64,000 bases of DNA from a cyanobacterium endosymbiont of Rhopalodia gibba (GCA_045159875.1 CP067995.1:2240001-2304000), one strand, 5' to 3'. Counted from the first letter of the stretch, positions 44,022 to 54,880 are shown. A program made the numbers and translations. The notes: generated by a model not told the origin, from the sequence alone.

Positions 44022-44465
44022 TCAGGATATAAGTTATCTTTTAGGTATCTTCATTCGGGACTGTTCTTTTTTAATTAAAGAGCCACCAGGTTTTGGTCTC
44101 TTGCAATTTGGACCAGCCTTTAGCTAACTGAGTCCCGAATAGTGCGACATCTAATCAAGGTTATAGATTAGGTGTAGCTGTAACCATTTAGATCCTTGAA
44201 TGAAGTAATACAAGCACTTCTAAGCGATTCAAGGTGGTAGGAGTTTCTTCATAAACTAGAGGTATTTTATCGAAAGTTACTAAAATAGCCTTGTTGATAG
44301 TTTTGGTTCTTCCAGATTGAGTATGACGAATTAGTAGCTAATAATAACTGTTTAAACTTTTTTTAAAATTACCTTCTGTTACTACAAAGTAATCAAAACT
44401 AAGTTGAAAAAGTCGTAATTTTTTGATTGAATTTATTTCAATAACTATTATCATGACCATGACAC

Positions 44466-44518
44466 TGACAGCATCAATATAACAAGGCCAAGAATACCTT
44501 GTTATATTGATGCTGTCA
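44466..44518. repeat. Perfect inverted repeat, 22-bp arms, 9-nt loop
   Basis: TGACAGCATCAATATAACAAGG-ccaagaata-CCTTGTTATATTGATGCTGTCA. Confidence 0.97.
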
Positions 44519-44569
44519 TGATGAACGAGAACAAGAGCATAAATATTGTGTTTAAAGACAAGAGGATAT

Positions 44570-45030
44570 AAAAGTTAAAAAACTACAGATTGGGTGAGAC
44601 TATCAGAAAAAATGATTTGATAGATAAATTATCTAAGATTGAAAATAATTGCAAAATTCTCCAATAAATAGAAGAAAAAAAACTTATATATAAAAAAATA
44701 TAAAATATTTTGAAAAGTTCTCGGAAAAGAATAGAGGAATTTATGTTAACCGATAATAATCTAATTTTTTAATCTAAAAAATTAGAAATTAGTAAAGTTT
44801 TTAAATAAAGAGCTGGAGATAGAAAGAAACAAGAGTGAAGACAAGGATTATTACGTCTCCTAAAAGAAAAAAGCAAAAAAATAGATAATTTTATATGAAG
44901 GGAAAATTAACCCGAAAAACAATGCAAAGATAAAGGAATAAACTCAGTAATTATCAAGAATAATTACTGAGTTTGTGTAAATAGTTTAGTTAACACACCT
45001 GAAATAATACGAAGAAAAAGTGGCATATTA
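44570..45030 (+). mobile_element. IS630-family transposase remnant, paralog of 2320-2700
   Basis: Shares AGATTGGGTGA.ACTAT and, about 360 nt later, the GTAAT.AT..ATAATTACT block with the reverse complement of 2320-2700. Confidence 0.5.
44940..44974. repeat. Perfect inverted repeat, 15-bp arms, 5-nt loop
   Basis: AAACTCAGTAATTAT-caaga-ATAATTACTGAGTTT. Confidence 0.93.
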
Positions 45031-45545
45031 GTTATAATAGTAGAATTTTTTTATCTTTAAAAGACTAATGCAACTAGCCCGTTTGTTTTTATTCTCGTAT
45101 TTTAGTATATAGCGTTTTTATCCTTGATAATTGAAATTATATGGATTTTTTATGATTAACAATCTAACTTAGATTCAAATATATTTTTTATTTATTTATA
45201 TAAAAAAATAGCTCTAGTTATTTGTTTAAATTATTTATTTTTTCTGTTAATTTCTAATCTTTAGTACTTAAAATTTATATTTTATTCAGTAAAATTAATG
45301 ACCCATAATTAAACTATTTTTATTTAAATTTTTCTTATTTTTAACCCAAGACAAACAATAGTTTTTCTTTAATTTCATTGTATTTTTCCTTCTTGTTAAT
45401 AATTTTTGCGTCTTTTTTGTGATGTTTAAATCGCTTTTTTGGCGTAAACTATAATTATTAAGTATAAGGTTTTGGCATAACTAATGGCGCTCACTAGACT
45501 ATTTGATTACCTCTTTTTAAATTAGAAAACTATCCAAATATTTTT

Positions 45546-45589
45546 AGTTTTCAAGGAGAATGTCATTAATGACATTCTCCTTGAAAACT
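45546..45589. repeat. Perfect 44-bp palindrome with no spacer
   Basis: AGTTTTCAAGGAGAATGTCATT|AATGACATTCTCCTTGAAAACT. Confidence 0.98.
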
Positions 45590-45693
45590 TCATTTATCAA
45601 CAATTTTTTGTCATTTATACCTTGTGAGATTGATAATCTTAGTGAGGATTTTACAAAATTTTTTTCTTGCCATTTCTAATTTGTTTAAAGATA

Positions 45694-45720
45694 AAGCCTC
45701 GCCCTAAAATGGCGAGGCTT
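45694..45720 (-). terminator. Intrinsic terminator for the 48697-45753 gene run
   Basis: AAGCCTCGCC-ctaaaat-GGCGAGGCTT, about 30 nt after the stop, with a T-rich tail on the minus strand. Confidence 0.7.
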
Positions 45721-45752
45721 CAAAACTAGTTTTTGTCTCAAAAATTAGAATT

Positions 45753-46598
45753 TCAGCGTCTTCTACTACCAAAACTACGAGAACGCGACCGGGGATAACT
45801 ACTACCAAAACCATTCTTGCCTTGAGTAGTTGGTTTAGACCTTACAGAAGTTCTTAGCCTACTCGACCCTATCCCTGAACCGCTTGATTTACTGGAATTA
45901 GCGGAACTTTTGCGGGTCGAAGGAGATCTTCTTAAATTCCCTGAAGTTCGCAGAGTTTCACGATTTTGGACAGCCGCAGGGGGAGCATTGTATCTGCTTT
46001 GGTAGCTATCAACTGCTTGAGTATAGGTGTTTCCGTAACCGCCATATCCCCTGATAACACTTCCTGGTTGATACATGGGAGGAATATAGTAGCGAGGGCT
46101 AAACAGTAAATTTCCTACCGCTTGACCCACTAACGCCCCAGCAAAAGGAGTCCAAAAATTAGATTCCCGATGCACCACTACGGCTTGGGGTTGTCCAGTT
46201 TGTGAGTTAGTTTGGGTTTCAGTTACGGTATGGACGTATTCAATTTTAAAGTCTTTGGTGAGGAACATGGTAGCCTCATTTCCGGTAACTTCGACTGAGG
46301 TTTTGTCCCCATTAGCAATTTGTTCATCTGTTAATTGTGCCATTTGTAAGTCAGTAGTCTGATAGACAGAAGATGTTCCTTGGGGTGTATTTAACAGCAT
46401 CAGAGTATAGGTTCCATCGGCATCGTCATAGCTTGCCTGTTGGACTGGATAAGTTCCTTTATTCACCTGGTTAGGAGAAATAACCGGTGAATTCTTAGGA
46501 GTGGGAGAAGACTGGGTTGAGGTGGTTGATGAATTGCAGGCTACTGTCGTCCAACATAGGGCTACGATTATCAAAATAGTAATGAATCTGCGTGGCAT
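45753..46598 (-). CDS. Conserved cyanobacterial hypothetical lipoprotein with Ser/Arg-rich tail
   Basis: Signal peptide plus lipobox TVAC; YPVQQASYDDADGTY, FWTPFAGA, low-complexity C-terminus. Confidence 0.8.
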   Translation of the reverse strand: MPRRFITILIIVALCWTTVACNSSTTSTQSSPTPKNSPVISPNQVNKGTYPVQQASYDDADGTYTLMLLNTPQGTSSVYQTTDLQMAQLTDEQIANGDKTSVEVTGNEATMFLTKDFKIEYVHTVTETQTNSQTGQPQAVVVHRESNFWTPFAGALVGQAVGNLLFSPRYYIPPMYQPGSVIRGYGGYGNTYTQAVDSYQSRYNAPPAAVQNRETLRTSGNLRRSPSTRKSSANSSKSSGSGIGSSRLRTSVRSKPTTQGKNGFGSSYPRSRSRSFGSRRR

Positions 46599-46625
46599 AA
46601 GTTTAGATTATTAGACTAGGATTGA

Positions 46626-47231
46626 CTATAGGGAGATTAGTTCTGAGAAATTAAGTAGTAACTGATCATTGGTAAGTTCATCACCTAATCTGGCGGGGGA
46701 AAAGTGGACTTGTATTGCTTCTAAAACCCCTTGATAATTAAGGTTAATGAGAGCTTTAAGTCCTTTTTCTAAAGCTAGACAATCATCCAAACTGGTTTCT
46801 AATTCAGGCGCTTCACCGTTAAAAGCCACTATGATCATAACAACCACATTACGGGTCATGGGAAGGGACAAAGGGGTGTTTTCCTCACTGCTAAAACTGT
46901 CAGATTCTGGTTCACTGAGATAACGTTGGGCAGAATCCGTAAATAATTCGGTAATATAATCTCCCGCCTCTTCTTCTTTCCAAAAAACATCTCCTTCGTT
47001 GGCGGCTGAGCGCCAATAAATAGACATCTCTAAGAGTTTCTGGCAGATGTTAGCTAAGCCCTCTCCTAACACCCCTAAATCTCCTTCGGATTCTAGGGCG
47101 TCTTGGGCAGCCTGGTTGAGAACCCCTAAAAGGGGAGCAACTTCATCTCCGGCAAGATGGATAAAAATACGAGAAACTACAAAACGGTTCTTCCCTGTTA
47201 ACTTGTTAAAACGATTACCTAAAGAACTCAT
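46626..47231 (-). CDS. DUF1517 domain protein
   Basis: IFIHLAGDEVAPLLGVLN, YWRSAANEGDVFW, FTDSAQRY, QVHFSPA..GDELT. Confidence 0.78.
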   Translation of the reverse strand: MSSLGNRFNKLTGKNRFVVSRIFIHLAGDEVAPLLGVLNQAAQDALESEGDLGVLGEGLANICQKLLEMSIYWRSAANEGDVFWKEEEAGDYITELFTDSAQRYLSEPESDSFSSEENTPLSLPMTRNVVVMIIVAFNGEAPELETSLDDCLALEKGLKALINLNYQGVLEAIQVHFSPARLGDELTNDQLLLNFSELISL

Positions 47232-47302
47232 AATAGTGTTTTCCTTGACTATAGAGAATTAAGTGGGAGAGAGGGAAATTTTTAACGTATGACTTTTAAC
47301 GG

Positions 47303-48697
47303 CTAACTTGATTTTTCATCATTTTTATCTGACTTCCTGTCTTCTTCTTTTTCTTGGGAAAAAATTTTCAAAAAACCGGAAGTAGATGGTTCTGTTCCAA
47401 GATTATCTGTGTCTAAGTTAGTCTCTTGGGAGTTTTCTGTGATGAAAGACTCACTGATTTGAGATTGATTGCCTGCGAGCATTGTTGGTGTCTCTTCACA
47501 TCCTTTGATGGCAATTTCTTCCGAAAAAATTGACTCTTTTGAGGTTTTCTGTTTATTTTCTTTTGGCTGTTCGATATCAAAAGTTTCTGTGGTAACTTCT
47601 GTCCCTTCAACAATTATTATTGTTGAAGGGGGCTGTTCCGAAAGCTCAAAATTCTCTTCCTTTACTTGTTGACTTGCCAATTCTTCTCGTTTCCCTAGTG
47701 TTTCTGTTGCTTCATTTTCTATCACTGCTTTTTTTTCAGGAATCTCTTCAAACTTTTCGGGTTTCTCCAAAATATCAGAATTGTCCCAGTCCTCTTTTTC
47801 TATGTCTAATTCTTGTGGATTAGATGATTCAGCAATAATTTCCGATAGCGGTTGAGATTTCGTTCTGATAGACCTAAACAGAGAACTTAGGAGAAAACTT
47901 AGAGAGAAGCCCTTTTTCTTAGGTTTTTCAAGTTCTAATTCAATAGTCGTAGAGGATTCGGATTCGGTTTTTACAATAGGGGTTTCTATTGGTTCTTCTG
48001 TCGGTGGGGGTGAAGGAAGTTTTTCATCTGAAATTAACGATTCAGGTGTTTCTTTGGAAGAGGTTTCTACGGTTTCTGTTTCTTCCATTAGGGCAATCGC
48101 TTCTGCTGACTCTTGAATAAAGGTTTCTGCCATTTCCGGAAAAGTATCTTCTTCTGTCACTTCTGCTGACTCTTGAATAAAGGTTTCTGCCATTTCCGGA
48201 AAAGTATCTTTTTCTGTAGATACTTTTTTAGATATTGGCCGATAAACTTCTCTGCTCAGGGGATCTTTTGCTTCTGTTACTGTCTCTACTACTGGGGATG
48301 GGATATCGTCGTTGGCAACATTAGAGTTTTTCTTGCTTCCTAAACGGCTTTTTCCCCAATTTAAGATGGAAAAATTAGTGAGATTAATTTGGTCCTTGGG
48401 ATGAGCGATCACTCGTCTCAGCCGAACGGTTTGCCACCCAAAGGATACCACTAAAATCACTGCCGCCAACTGTCCCAATAAGATTCCACCAGTAATGCGT
48501 TCAGCACATACCCACAAAACTAGGGCATAAAATAAACCAATACCACTCCAAAGAAAGTCGTCTTGGCGATGCAATCTTGGTAAGAAGAAAGCTGATAGAT
48601 ACAAAATTATGCTAGTGAAGGCGATGACAATTGCTAGGATGTAGGCCAACATCGAATGGGTTACTCCTTGGGTATTTTCCTTATCATTGTGAGGCAT
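47303..48697 (-). CDS. ycf66: Ycf66 family protein with long acidic disordered tail
   Basis: MLAYILA...LYLSAFFLPRLHRQDDFLWSGIGLFYALVLW N-terminal domain; the start is probably the Met of MLAYILA. Confidence 0.82.
   Translation of the reverse strand: MPHNDKENTQGVTHSMLAYILAIVIAFTSIILYLSAFFLPRLHRQDDFLWSGIGLFYALVLWVCAERITGGILLGQLAAVILVVSFGWQTVRLRRVIAHPKDQINLTNFSILNWGKSRLGSKKNSNVANDDIPSPVVETVTEAKDPLSREVYRPISKKVSTEKDTFPEMAETFIQESAEVTEEDTFPEMAETFIQESAEAIALMEETETVETSSKETPESLISDEKLPSPPPTEEPIETPIVKTESESSTTIELELEKPKKKGFSLSFLLSSLFRSIRTKSQPLSEIIAESSNPQELDIEKEDWDNSDILEKPEKFEEIPEKKAVIENEATETLGKREELASQQVKEENFELSEQPPSTIIIVEGTEVTTETFDIEQPKENKQKTSKESIFSEEIAIKGCEETPTMLAGNQSQISESFITENSQETNLDTDNLGTEPSTSGFLKIFSQEKEEDRKSDKNDEKSS
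48100..48217. repeat. 60-bp period tandem duplication within the ycf66 tail
   Basis: 48100-48157 and 48160-48217 are identical except for one base; encodes DTFPEMAETFIQESAE twice. Confidence 0.95.
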
Positions 48698-48827
48698 CTT
48701 GCCTCTTATTGTTCATCGGATTCATGATCCAGTTTTCCTCTCAAGTAAGTTAGATTAGTTACCAAATTCTCTGACTGCGATTGTCTTCTTACACTTGATT
48801 TTATTTTTAAACCTTTAAGAAACCTCC

Positions 48828-51800
48828 ATGAGTCAATCGCCACTTCCTCCTGATTCTACGTCAAACTATTTGAGTCGTCTGCTAAGAATAGCTAAAAAAC
48901 CGTGTAGTGTCGCGATCGGACTTGCTTCTGTAACCATTGTTATCATTGGCTACACAGGGTTACGTCTTTTTCTTCAAAAATACCTTCCTCCTTGGTTAGA
49001 AAAACAAGTTAGTTACTTGATTAATCGTCCTGTTGATATTGATGAACTTCAAGGGTTTTCTTTAACTCGTCTTTATCTAGGATCTACTTCTGTGCCACAA
49101 ACTTCTGACCATCCTAATCAACTTACAGCTAGTCGTGTTGTTGTTCATTTTGATCCTATTGCTGTTTTATTTAAACGAACTTTAGTGATTAAAATTGTAC
49201 CTGAAGATGTTGAAGTTGAGTTACATCAATATTCTGAAGGAGATTTACTCAAGGGAGAAATAACGGATGAAATCATTCCTTTAAAGTTAGACCTTACTTT
49301 TGATATTACAAATGTTTTTATCAATGTCTTTCCTCAAAATACAAATAATATCCTCACAACAACTCTCAATGGACAGGTAAAGTATAGTGAAGTCACGAAA
49401 GCAAAGTGGGATTATGATCTTGATTTAGCCTTGCTCAATAGTGAAATTTCTCTCGAAGGAGTAACAGTTATTGACACTAAAGAAAGTAGGGTAAAACTAG
49501 CTATCTCTAAGTTTGATTTCAGCCAATTAATGCCTCTTATTATTAATTCTCCCGTTCAATTACATCAAGGAGATATCGAAGCGGATCTAAATCTTAATTT
49601 TCCTTCTATTGAAAGATTGTCTGAAACCAAAGCTAAAGGGGAAGTTAATTTAGATAATATCAAGGGAAAAATTAAATATTTCAAAGAACCTTTGCAAATA
49701 GTTGCCAATATTTTTTTTCAGGAAAATAAAATTTTAATTACAAAAACTCAGGTAAATTTAGGCAATATTATTACTAGTTTATCTGGTCAATATGATTGGA
49801 ATACTGGATTTGATTTGGAAGCTAATATTAGTGGGTTAAGTTGGAAGAATATTTGGCAAGTCTACCCAATTAAATTGCCTATAAAAATTGAGGGAGAATT
49901 ACAAGCTAAATTAAATTTAATAGGAACGTTTAATGCCCCTTTACTAAGGGGAAAAATACAAAATAAAAAAAATATAAAAATTGCTCAAACTCAATTCAAA
50001 AAAATTACTTTTGATTTTCAAAGTAATTTAGATAATTTTTTATTTAAAGATTTATTAATTATCCCTGAAGTCGGGGGGTGGATTGTTGCCCAAGGTATGG
50101 CTAAACCTAAAATTATTCAATCTCTTATTAATGGTAGTGCAATTGATTGGAATGATATTCCTTTTAAATTAATTTTTGAGACTGAATTACCAAGTAAAAA
50201 AATAGTTAATGACTATTATCAATTGCCAAGAGAAGTCAATTTAAATCACCTAAAAGTACAAGGGAATATCAATGGAAGTTTTGCTAATCTTAAAGGTTTT
50301 ATAAAATGGAATACAGCTGGAAGTTTGAACAGAGACAATACTAAAATTATCAGTCAAGGTAATATTTTAATAGAAAAAAATGATGTTGATCTCAAAAATA
50401 TAGAGCTAGTGACCCAAAGAGGGAGATTAATTATAAATGGTAGTGGAAATCTTAAAAATAAAAAATGGCAAGCTCACTTAAATTCTAATTTTTTAGATTT
50501 AACTCCATTTACTTCAACGATTTGTAGCGTAAAATATACAAAATGTCCTAATAATATTTTTCTTAAAAATGCCAACGTTAAAATAGGAGTTGACCTTAAT
50601 AAACCTTGGAAAAAATCAGTTAATTTATTATCTAATTTAGCCCTAGTATTAGACGACGGAAATCTTGTTATTAATACTCAGTTACAACAAGCTAAATTTA
50701 CGACATCAATAACGGGATTAAAATTGCCTTTTAAGTTATTATTGGCTAATATTTTTATCCCAGTTACGTTAAGAAAATATCAATTTAATTTGTCAGGAAA
50801 TATAGAAGAAATTTTACAGAAATCAACCATTGATGTTAATGCGATTCAAGGTAATTCTAATTTAGAAGTAGAAATAGCTAAAAGTCCTCTAAATGTCCAA
50901 ATAACCTGGCAAAATGGAGCTTTTAAAGGAAAAGCTGAGCTGAGATCTTTATCTCTCAATCAATTTGTCCCTCAGCTAGCCATTCCTGTTCAATTAATTA
51001 ACAGTAAGATTAACTTTTTAGGCAGTCTACAATCGCTACTATTTTTGAGTGAAACTCCTAACTTTAATGACTTTCAAGTAAATGCTGACACGCAATTTAA
51101 GCTCGCTGATGGAACTATTACAGCTAATAGTAAATTAAATCAAGGACAAATAACTGTTAATGCGATAGCTACCCCTCTATCAGTTCCTAATCTTTTACCA
51201 CAAGTTTCTATACCTATTAAAGTTAGAAAAACAAACATTAATTTAATAGCTTATTTGCCTGATTTACTAGCTTTTGATTTAAATAGAGTGCAGGGGAGTG
51301 CTCAGTTAGAACTCGGAGTTACCAAAAAAGAAATTACCACATCAATCCAATTAATTAATAATCAATGGCAAACTAATATTGTTGCTAATCAACTAGATTT
51401 ATCAACCTGGAAAAATCAATTATTTTTTAAAAAAATCATTGAACCAATTGATGCAAGAATAAACCTGTCAGGAACTTTAGGCTCATTATTATCACCTGAC
51501 TCTATAATTCCTATTCAAGCCACTAATATTTTAGTAGAAATAGGACAACAAAAAATAAAAGCTAATGGGAATATAACTCTGACTAATATTCTTGACAGTC
51601 CTGATGTTACTTCTGTCAATCTGAATGTTGAGACCCAAGTTGATTTAAAAGTTTTACCTGTTACAGATTTTTTATCTAAAATTATTATTTATAAACAGCT
51701 TTTACCCCAAGCTCTTGATTTAACAGGAAAAGTAAAATTTAAAGGTAATCTAGTTGCAAAAAATTTATTAACTTCTTCTATATTTAATGAAAACCTGCAA

Positions 51801-54761
51801 TTAAAAGGAAACTTAAATGTGTCAAATTTTGCATTTAATAAATTAGATTTTGAATCAATTTTAAAAGGAAAAATTGATTTAGTAATGGGTAAAAAGATTT
51901 CCCTTGATTTACGAGGAAAAAAAGATGTTATCACTGCCATTTTTACTTCCTGTTCACAACCAAAATGTTTATTACCTTATATACCATATTTCTTTGAAAT
52001 AAGCCAAAAATATAGAAATTCATCTCCAATCACTGTCAAAGGAAATCTTCAGAGTGATCGCCTAGTTGCTAACATTCAAAACTTCCCTTTAAAACAATTA
52101 AAATTGTCCCCAATTAGTGATTATGGTTTAACTGATTGTTTAGGAGGGAAAGTTAATCTTAATTTAGAAATTGATTCATTAACTTTAACAGGTAGAGGAA
52201 AGTTGGATATTATCAATCCTAATTTAGGTGAATTTTTTGGAGATAACTTGCAAATTAATTGGGTTTACCAGAATAACTATATCACTTTAACAAATACAAC
52301 CCTAAAATTAGGACAAAGTAGCTATAATATTAAGGGGGGAGTAGCATTAAAAACAGGAGAAATTCAAGGAAATTTGCGAGTAGATAAAGGTTATGTTCAA
52401 GAACTTTTATCCGTCCTAAAAATTTATAATTTTGACAGTCTTTTACAATTTTTACAATTTAAAAAAGATTCTTCAACACATTTTGAACAAGTGATTTCTC
52501 AGTCCGTTAAAAATATCAATACGCTTCTCTCAGAGCAAGTCAATCAGTTGTGGGAAAATGACAAAAAAATAAGGAAAGTTACTATTGAGAAACAAGCTAG
52601 TAAATTACCACAAAAATTAGATATTAAAGGTGAATTTAATGGAGAACTTTCCTTGTCAGGAACTCTTGAAAATCCAGAAATAACCTTTCAATTTGAAGGA
52701 GAAAATTGGGAATGGATATCTCAAGCATCAACTCCCTCTATCATTAATCCCTTGGGTTTTGTTCTCGAAGATTCTCCAGTAATTTCTCTTGAAAAGTTAG
52801 CAATTAAAGGGAAGTTAAAAAATGGAATGTTTAACATAAATCCCATGATCAAGCTCAATGAAAGTTTAATTCAAGCTAATCTTAACTTAACTTATGATAA
52901 TAATCAGTTTAACTTACAATCTTCAACTTTTAGTCTTAACAATCTAACTCTAGATACAGTAAGTAGCTTAATAGCTATTCCTGGAGATATTAATGGTAGT
53001 ATTGATATAGCAGGAAACCTCACTGGTAATTTATTAAAACCAGAAATTAACGGGATGTTTTCTTTAGAAAAAGTAGTTATCAATGCTCGATTACTTGGAC
53101 AAAGTTTTCAAGGTAATTTTACTTATAATGATGCAGAATTAGAACTACAAATAGATAAGCCAGATTTTATTCAAGCTCATGCTCGTCTTCCCTTACCTAT
53201 TGAAATAAATAATGACAATCGATTTAAAATCAATGTTCGACTAGGAACTGAGGCATTTTCTCTATTAGAAATAATAACTCAAGAACAAGTAAGTTGGGTT
53301 GAAGGAGAAGGAAAAATAGATCTTTATCTGAGTGGTCAAATTACTATTAACGATGAAGTAAAAGTTAGTTTTGATCCTGATAGTCAGTCAATTTTAGATT
53401 TGAATTCGATAACATTTAAAAGTTATTTGTCGCCCAATACTTTAACTATAAATGGAGAAATAGCTATACAAAATGGAAAAATAGAAGTAAATGAATTAAC
53501 AGGGATATTTGGAGAAATAACTGTTAACACTATGGGGGTGTTGCCTCTATTTTCTTCATCGCTTAAGGATATTGATAGCGCCATTCCTTTAAGCGTTACT
53601 TTAACCACAAATAAGATAAACTCTGACAATCTATATCAAGGAATTACTAATGCATTGATATTTATTAAGGGAACAGTTTTCAGTCCTATAATTGAGGGAG
53701 AAATACAGTTAAATCAGGGGAAGTTTATAGTTCCTAATTTTATTTCTGATATTTATAAAAAACCAGAATCATTAATTCCAGAAGAGTGGATAAGAAGAAT
53801 TAGTCCTCCAGAAGAAGTTGTTATTATTCCAAAATTTAATGACTTTAGAGTTTTAATTAAGGAAGTTGCAATTGAGCAAAAAGATATTAACCCAAAATTT
53901 GTTTTTAACGTCAGTGGAAATTTAAGTTTAAGTGGTCAATTAGCTAGTTTTTCCTTGCCAGGATTACTTGCTTTAAAACCGTCAGGAAAAGTTTACATCA
54001 ATAGTGGGAAGGTGGATATTCCTGTGACTCGTGTTTTTATCCCTCGTCAATCTAATAATACTATCACTTTTTTGCCACAGAAAGGGGTATTGAATCCTTA
54101 TATTGATCTAGAATTTAAACTTTATATATTGAATATTGCTTTAAGGGCAATTAATGTTAATGAAGTTGCTGATGATATTGTTCAAAGTGGTCGTTCCCAA
54201 TCAGTAGAAATTACCCTAAGAATCAAAGGAGATGCTAACCAATTACTTCCTAATCTCGGTACTAAATTGGAAGAAGTTTGTAAACTAAGGCTAGAGAATT
54301 ATCGTCCTATTCCCCAAACTTCAGCGATTGATCCTAATAAATTAAGACAATTAGCTAACTGTATCAAGGTCAATAATTTAGGAACTAATTCAATTCAAGA
54401 CTTACTACAATCTCCCATCGTTTCTTTTTCTAGTAGTCCTCGTTTAAGTAGTAGTGAGTTGCTGACGCTTTTGGGGACACAACTTCCTAATTTAGTAGAA
54501 CAATTACAGCAACAAAATTCAGCCCAATTAGTGGAAGCAGGACTACCTCAAGTAGCAGTGGTCTTGTTTCCCTTTTTACAAGATTGGCTTTTTGAACTTA
54601 ATGAAGCAACGAATCAAGTGGGAAAAGAATGGGGTATAAGAAATTTGCGCTTATATCCAGTATTAGAAAAAGTCTATGAACTTGAAGATAATTCACTAAT
54701 TCGTTTTTCTTATGATTATTCATTTAATGAGGTAATCATCCGCTATGAGAATAAATTTTAA
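48828..54761 (+). CDS. Translocation and assembly module TamB-like (DUF490/AsmA superfamily) protein
   Basis: 1977 aa with an N-terminal TM anchor, beta-rich repeats (GTFNAPLLRG, GTLENPEI) and C-terminal LNPYIDL..FSSSPRLS..IRYENKF. Confidence 0.85.
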   Translation: MSQSPLPPDSTSNYLSRLLRIAKKPCSVAIGLASVTIVIIGYTGLRLFLQKYLPPWLEKQVSYLINRPVDIDELQGFSLTRLYLGSTSVPQTSDHPNQLTASRVVVHFDPIAVLFKRTLVIKIVPEDVEVELHQYSEGDLLKGEITDEIIPLKLDLTFDITNVFINVFPQNTNNILTTTLNGQVKYSEVTKAKWDYDLDLALLNSEISLEGVTVIDTKESRVKLAISKFDFSQLMPLIINSPVQLHQGDIEADLNLNFPSIERLSETKAKGEVNLDNIKGKIKYFKEPLQIVANIFFQENKILITKTQVNLGNIITSLSGQYDWNTGFDLEANISGLSWKNIWQVYPIKLPIKIEGELQAKLNLIGTFNAPLLRGKIQNKKNIKIAQTQFKKITFDFQSNLDNFLFKDLLIIPEVGGWIVAQGMAKPKIIQSLINGSAIDWNDIPFKLIFETELPSKKIVNDYYQLPREVNLNHLKVQGNINGSFANLKGFIKWNTAGSLNRDNTKIISQGNILIEKNDVDLKNIELVTQRGRLIINGSGNLKNKKWQAHLNSNFLDLTPFTSTICSVKYTKCPNNIFLKNANVKIGVDLNKPWKKSVNLLSNLALVLDDGNLVINTQLQQAKFTTSITGLKLPFKLLLANIFIPVTLRKYQFNLSGNIEEILQKSTIDVNAIQGNSNLEVEIAKSPLNVQITWQNGAFKGKAELRSLSLNQFVPQLAIPVQLINSKINFLGSLQSLLFLSETPNFNDFQVNADTQFKLADGTITANSKLNQGQITVNAIATPLSVPNLLPQVSIPIKVRKTNINLIAYLPDLLAFDLNRVQGSAQLELGVTKKEITTSIQLINNQWQTNIVANQLDLSTWKNQLFFKKIIEPIDARINLSGTLGSLLSPDSIIPIQATNILVEIGQQKIKANGNITLTNILDSPDVTSVNLNVETQVDLKVLPVTDFLSKIIIYKQLLPQALDLTGKVKFKGNLVAKNLLTSSIFNENLQLKGNLNVSNFAFNKLDFESILKGKIDLVMGKKISLDLRGKKDVITAIFTSCSQPKCLLPYIPYFFEISQKYRNSSPITVKGNLQSDRLVANIQNFPLKQLKLSPISDYGLTDCLGGKVNLNLEIDSLTLTGRGKLDIINPNLGEFFGDNLQINWVYQNNYITLTNTTLKLGQSSYNIKGGVALKTGEIQGNLRVDKGYVQELLSVLKIYNFDSLLQFLQFKKDSSTHFEQVISQSVKNINTLLSEQVNQLWENDKKIRKVTIEKQASKLPQKLDIKGEFNGELSLSGTLENPEITFQFEGENWEWISQASTPSIINPLGFVLEDSPVISLEKLAIKGKLKNGMFNINPMIKLNESLIQANLNLTYDNNQFNLQSSTFSLNNLTLDTVSSLIAIPGDINGSIDIAGNLTGNLLKPEINGMFSLEKVVINARLLGQSFQGNFTYNDAELELQIDKPDFIQAHARLPLPIEINNDNRFKINVRLGTEAFSLLEIITQEQVSWVEGEGKIDLYLSGQITINDEVKVSFDPDSQSILDLNSITFKSYLSPNTLTINGEIAIQNGKIEVNELTGIFGEITVNTMGVLPLFSSSLKDIDSAIPLSVTLTTNKINSDNLYQGITNALIFIKGTVFSPIIEGEIQLNQGKFIVPNFISDIYKKPESLIPEEWIRRISPPEEVVIIPKFNDFRVLIKEVAIEQKDINPKFVFNVSGNLSLSGQLASFSLPGLLALKPSGKVYINSGKVDIPVTRVFIPRQSNNTITFLPQKGVLNPYIDLEFKLYILNIALRAINVNEVADDIVQSGRSQSVEITLRIKGDANQLLPNLGTKLEEVCKLRLENYRPIPQTSAIDPNKLRQLANCIKVNNLGTNSIQDLLQSPIVSFSSSPRLSSSELLTLLGTQLPNLVEQLQQQNSAQLVEAGLPQVAVVLFPFLQDWLFELNEATNQVGKEWGIRNLRLYPVLEKVYELEDNSLIRFSYDYSFNEVIIRYENKF

Positions 54762-54880
54762 GACAACTTAAAACTCAGATTGTGTATGTCGTCAAACATC
54801 CACTTGTTTCAGCCAAAAAGAGGAAATAGGTGATAGTGAATAGTTATCAAAATTAATAATGTTTCCATCACTAATTTAAA

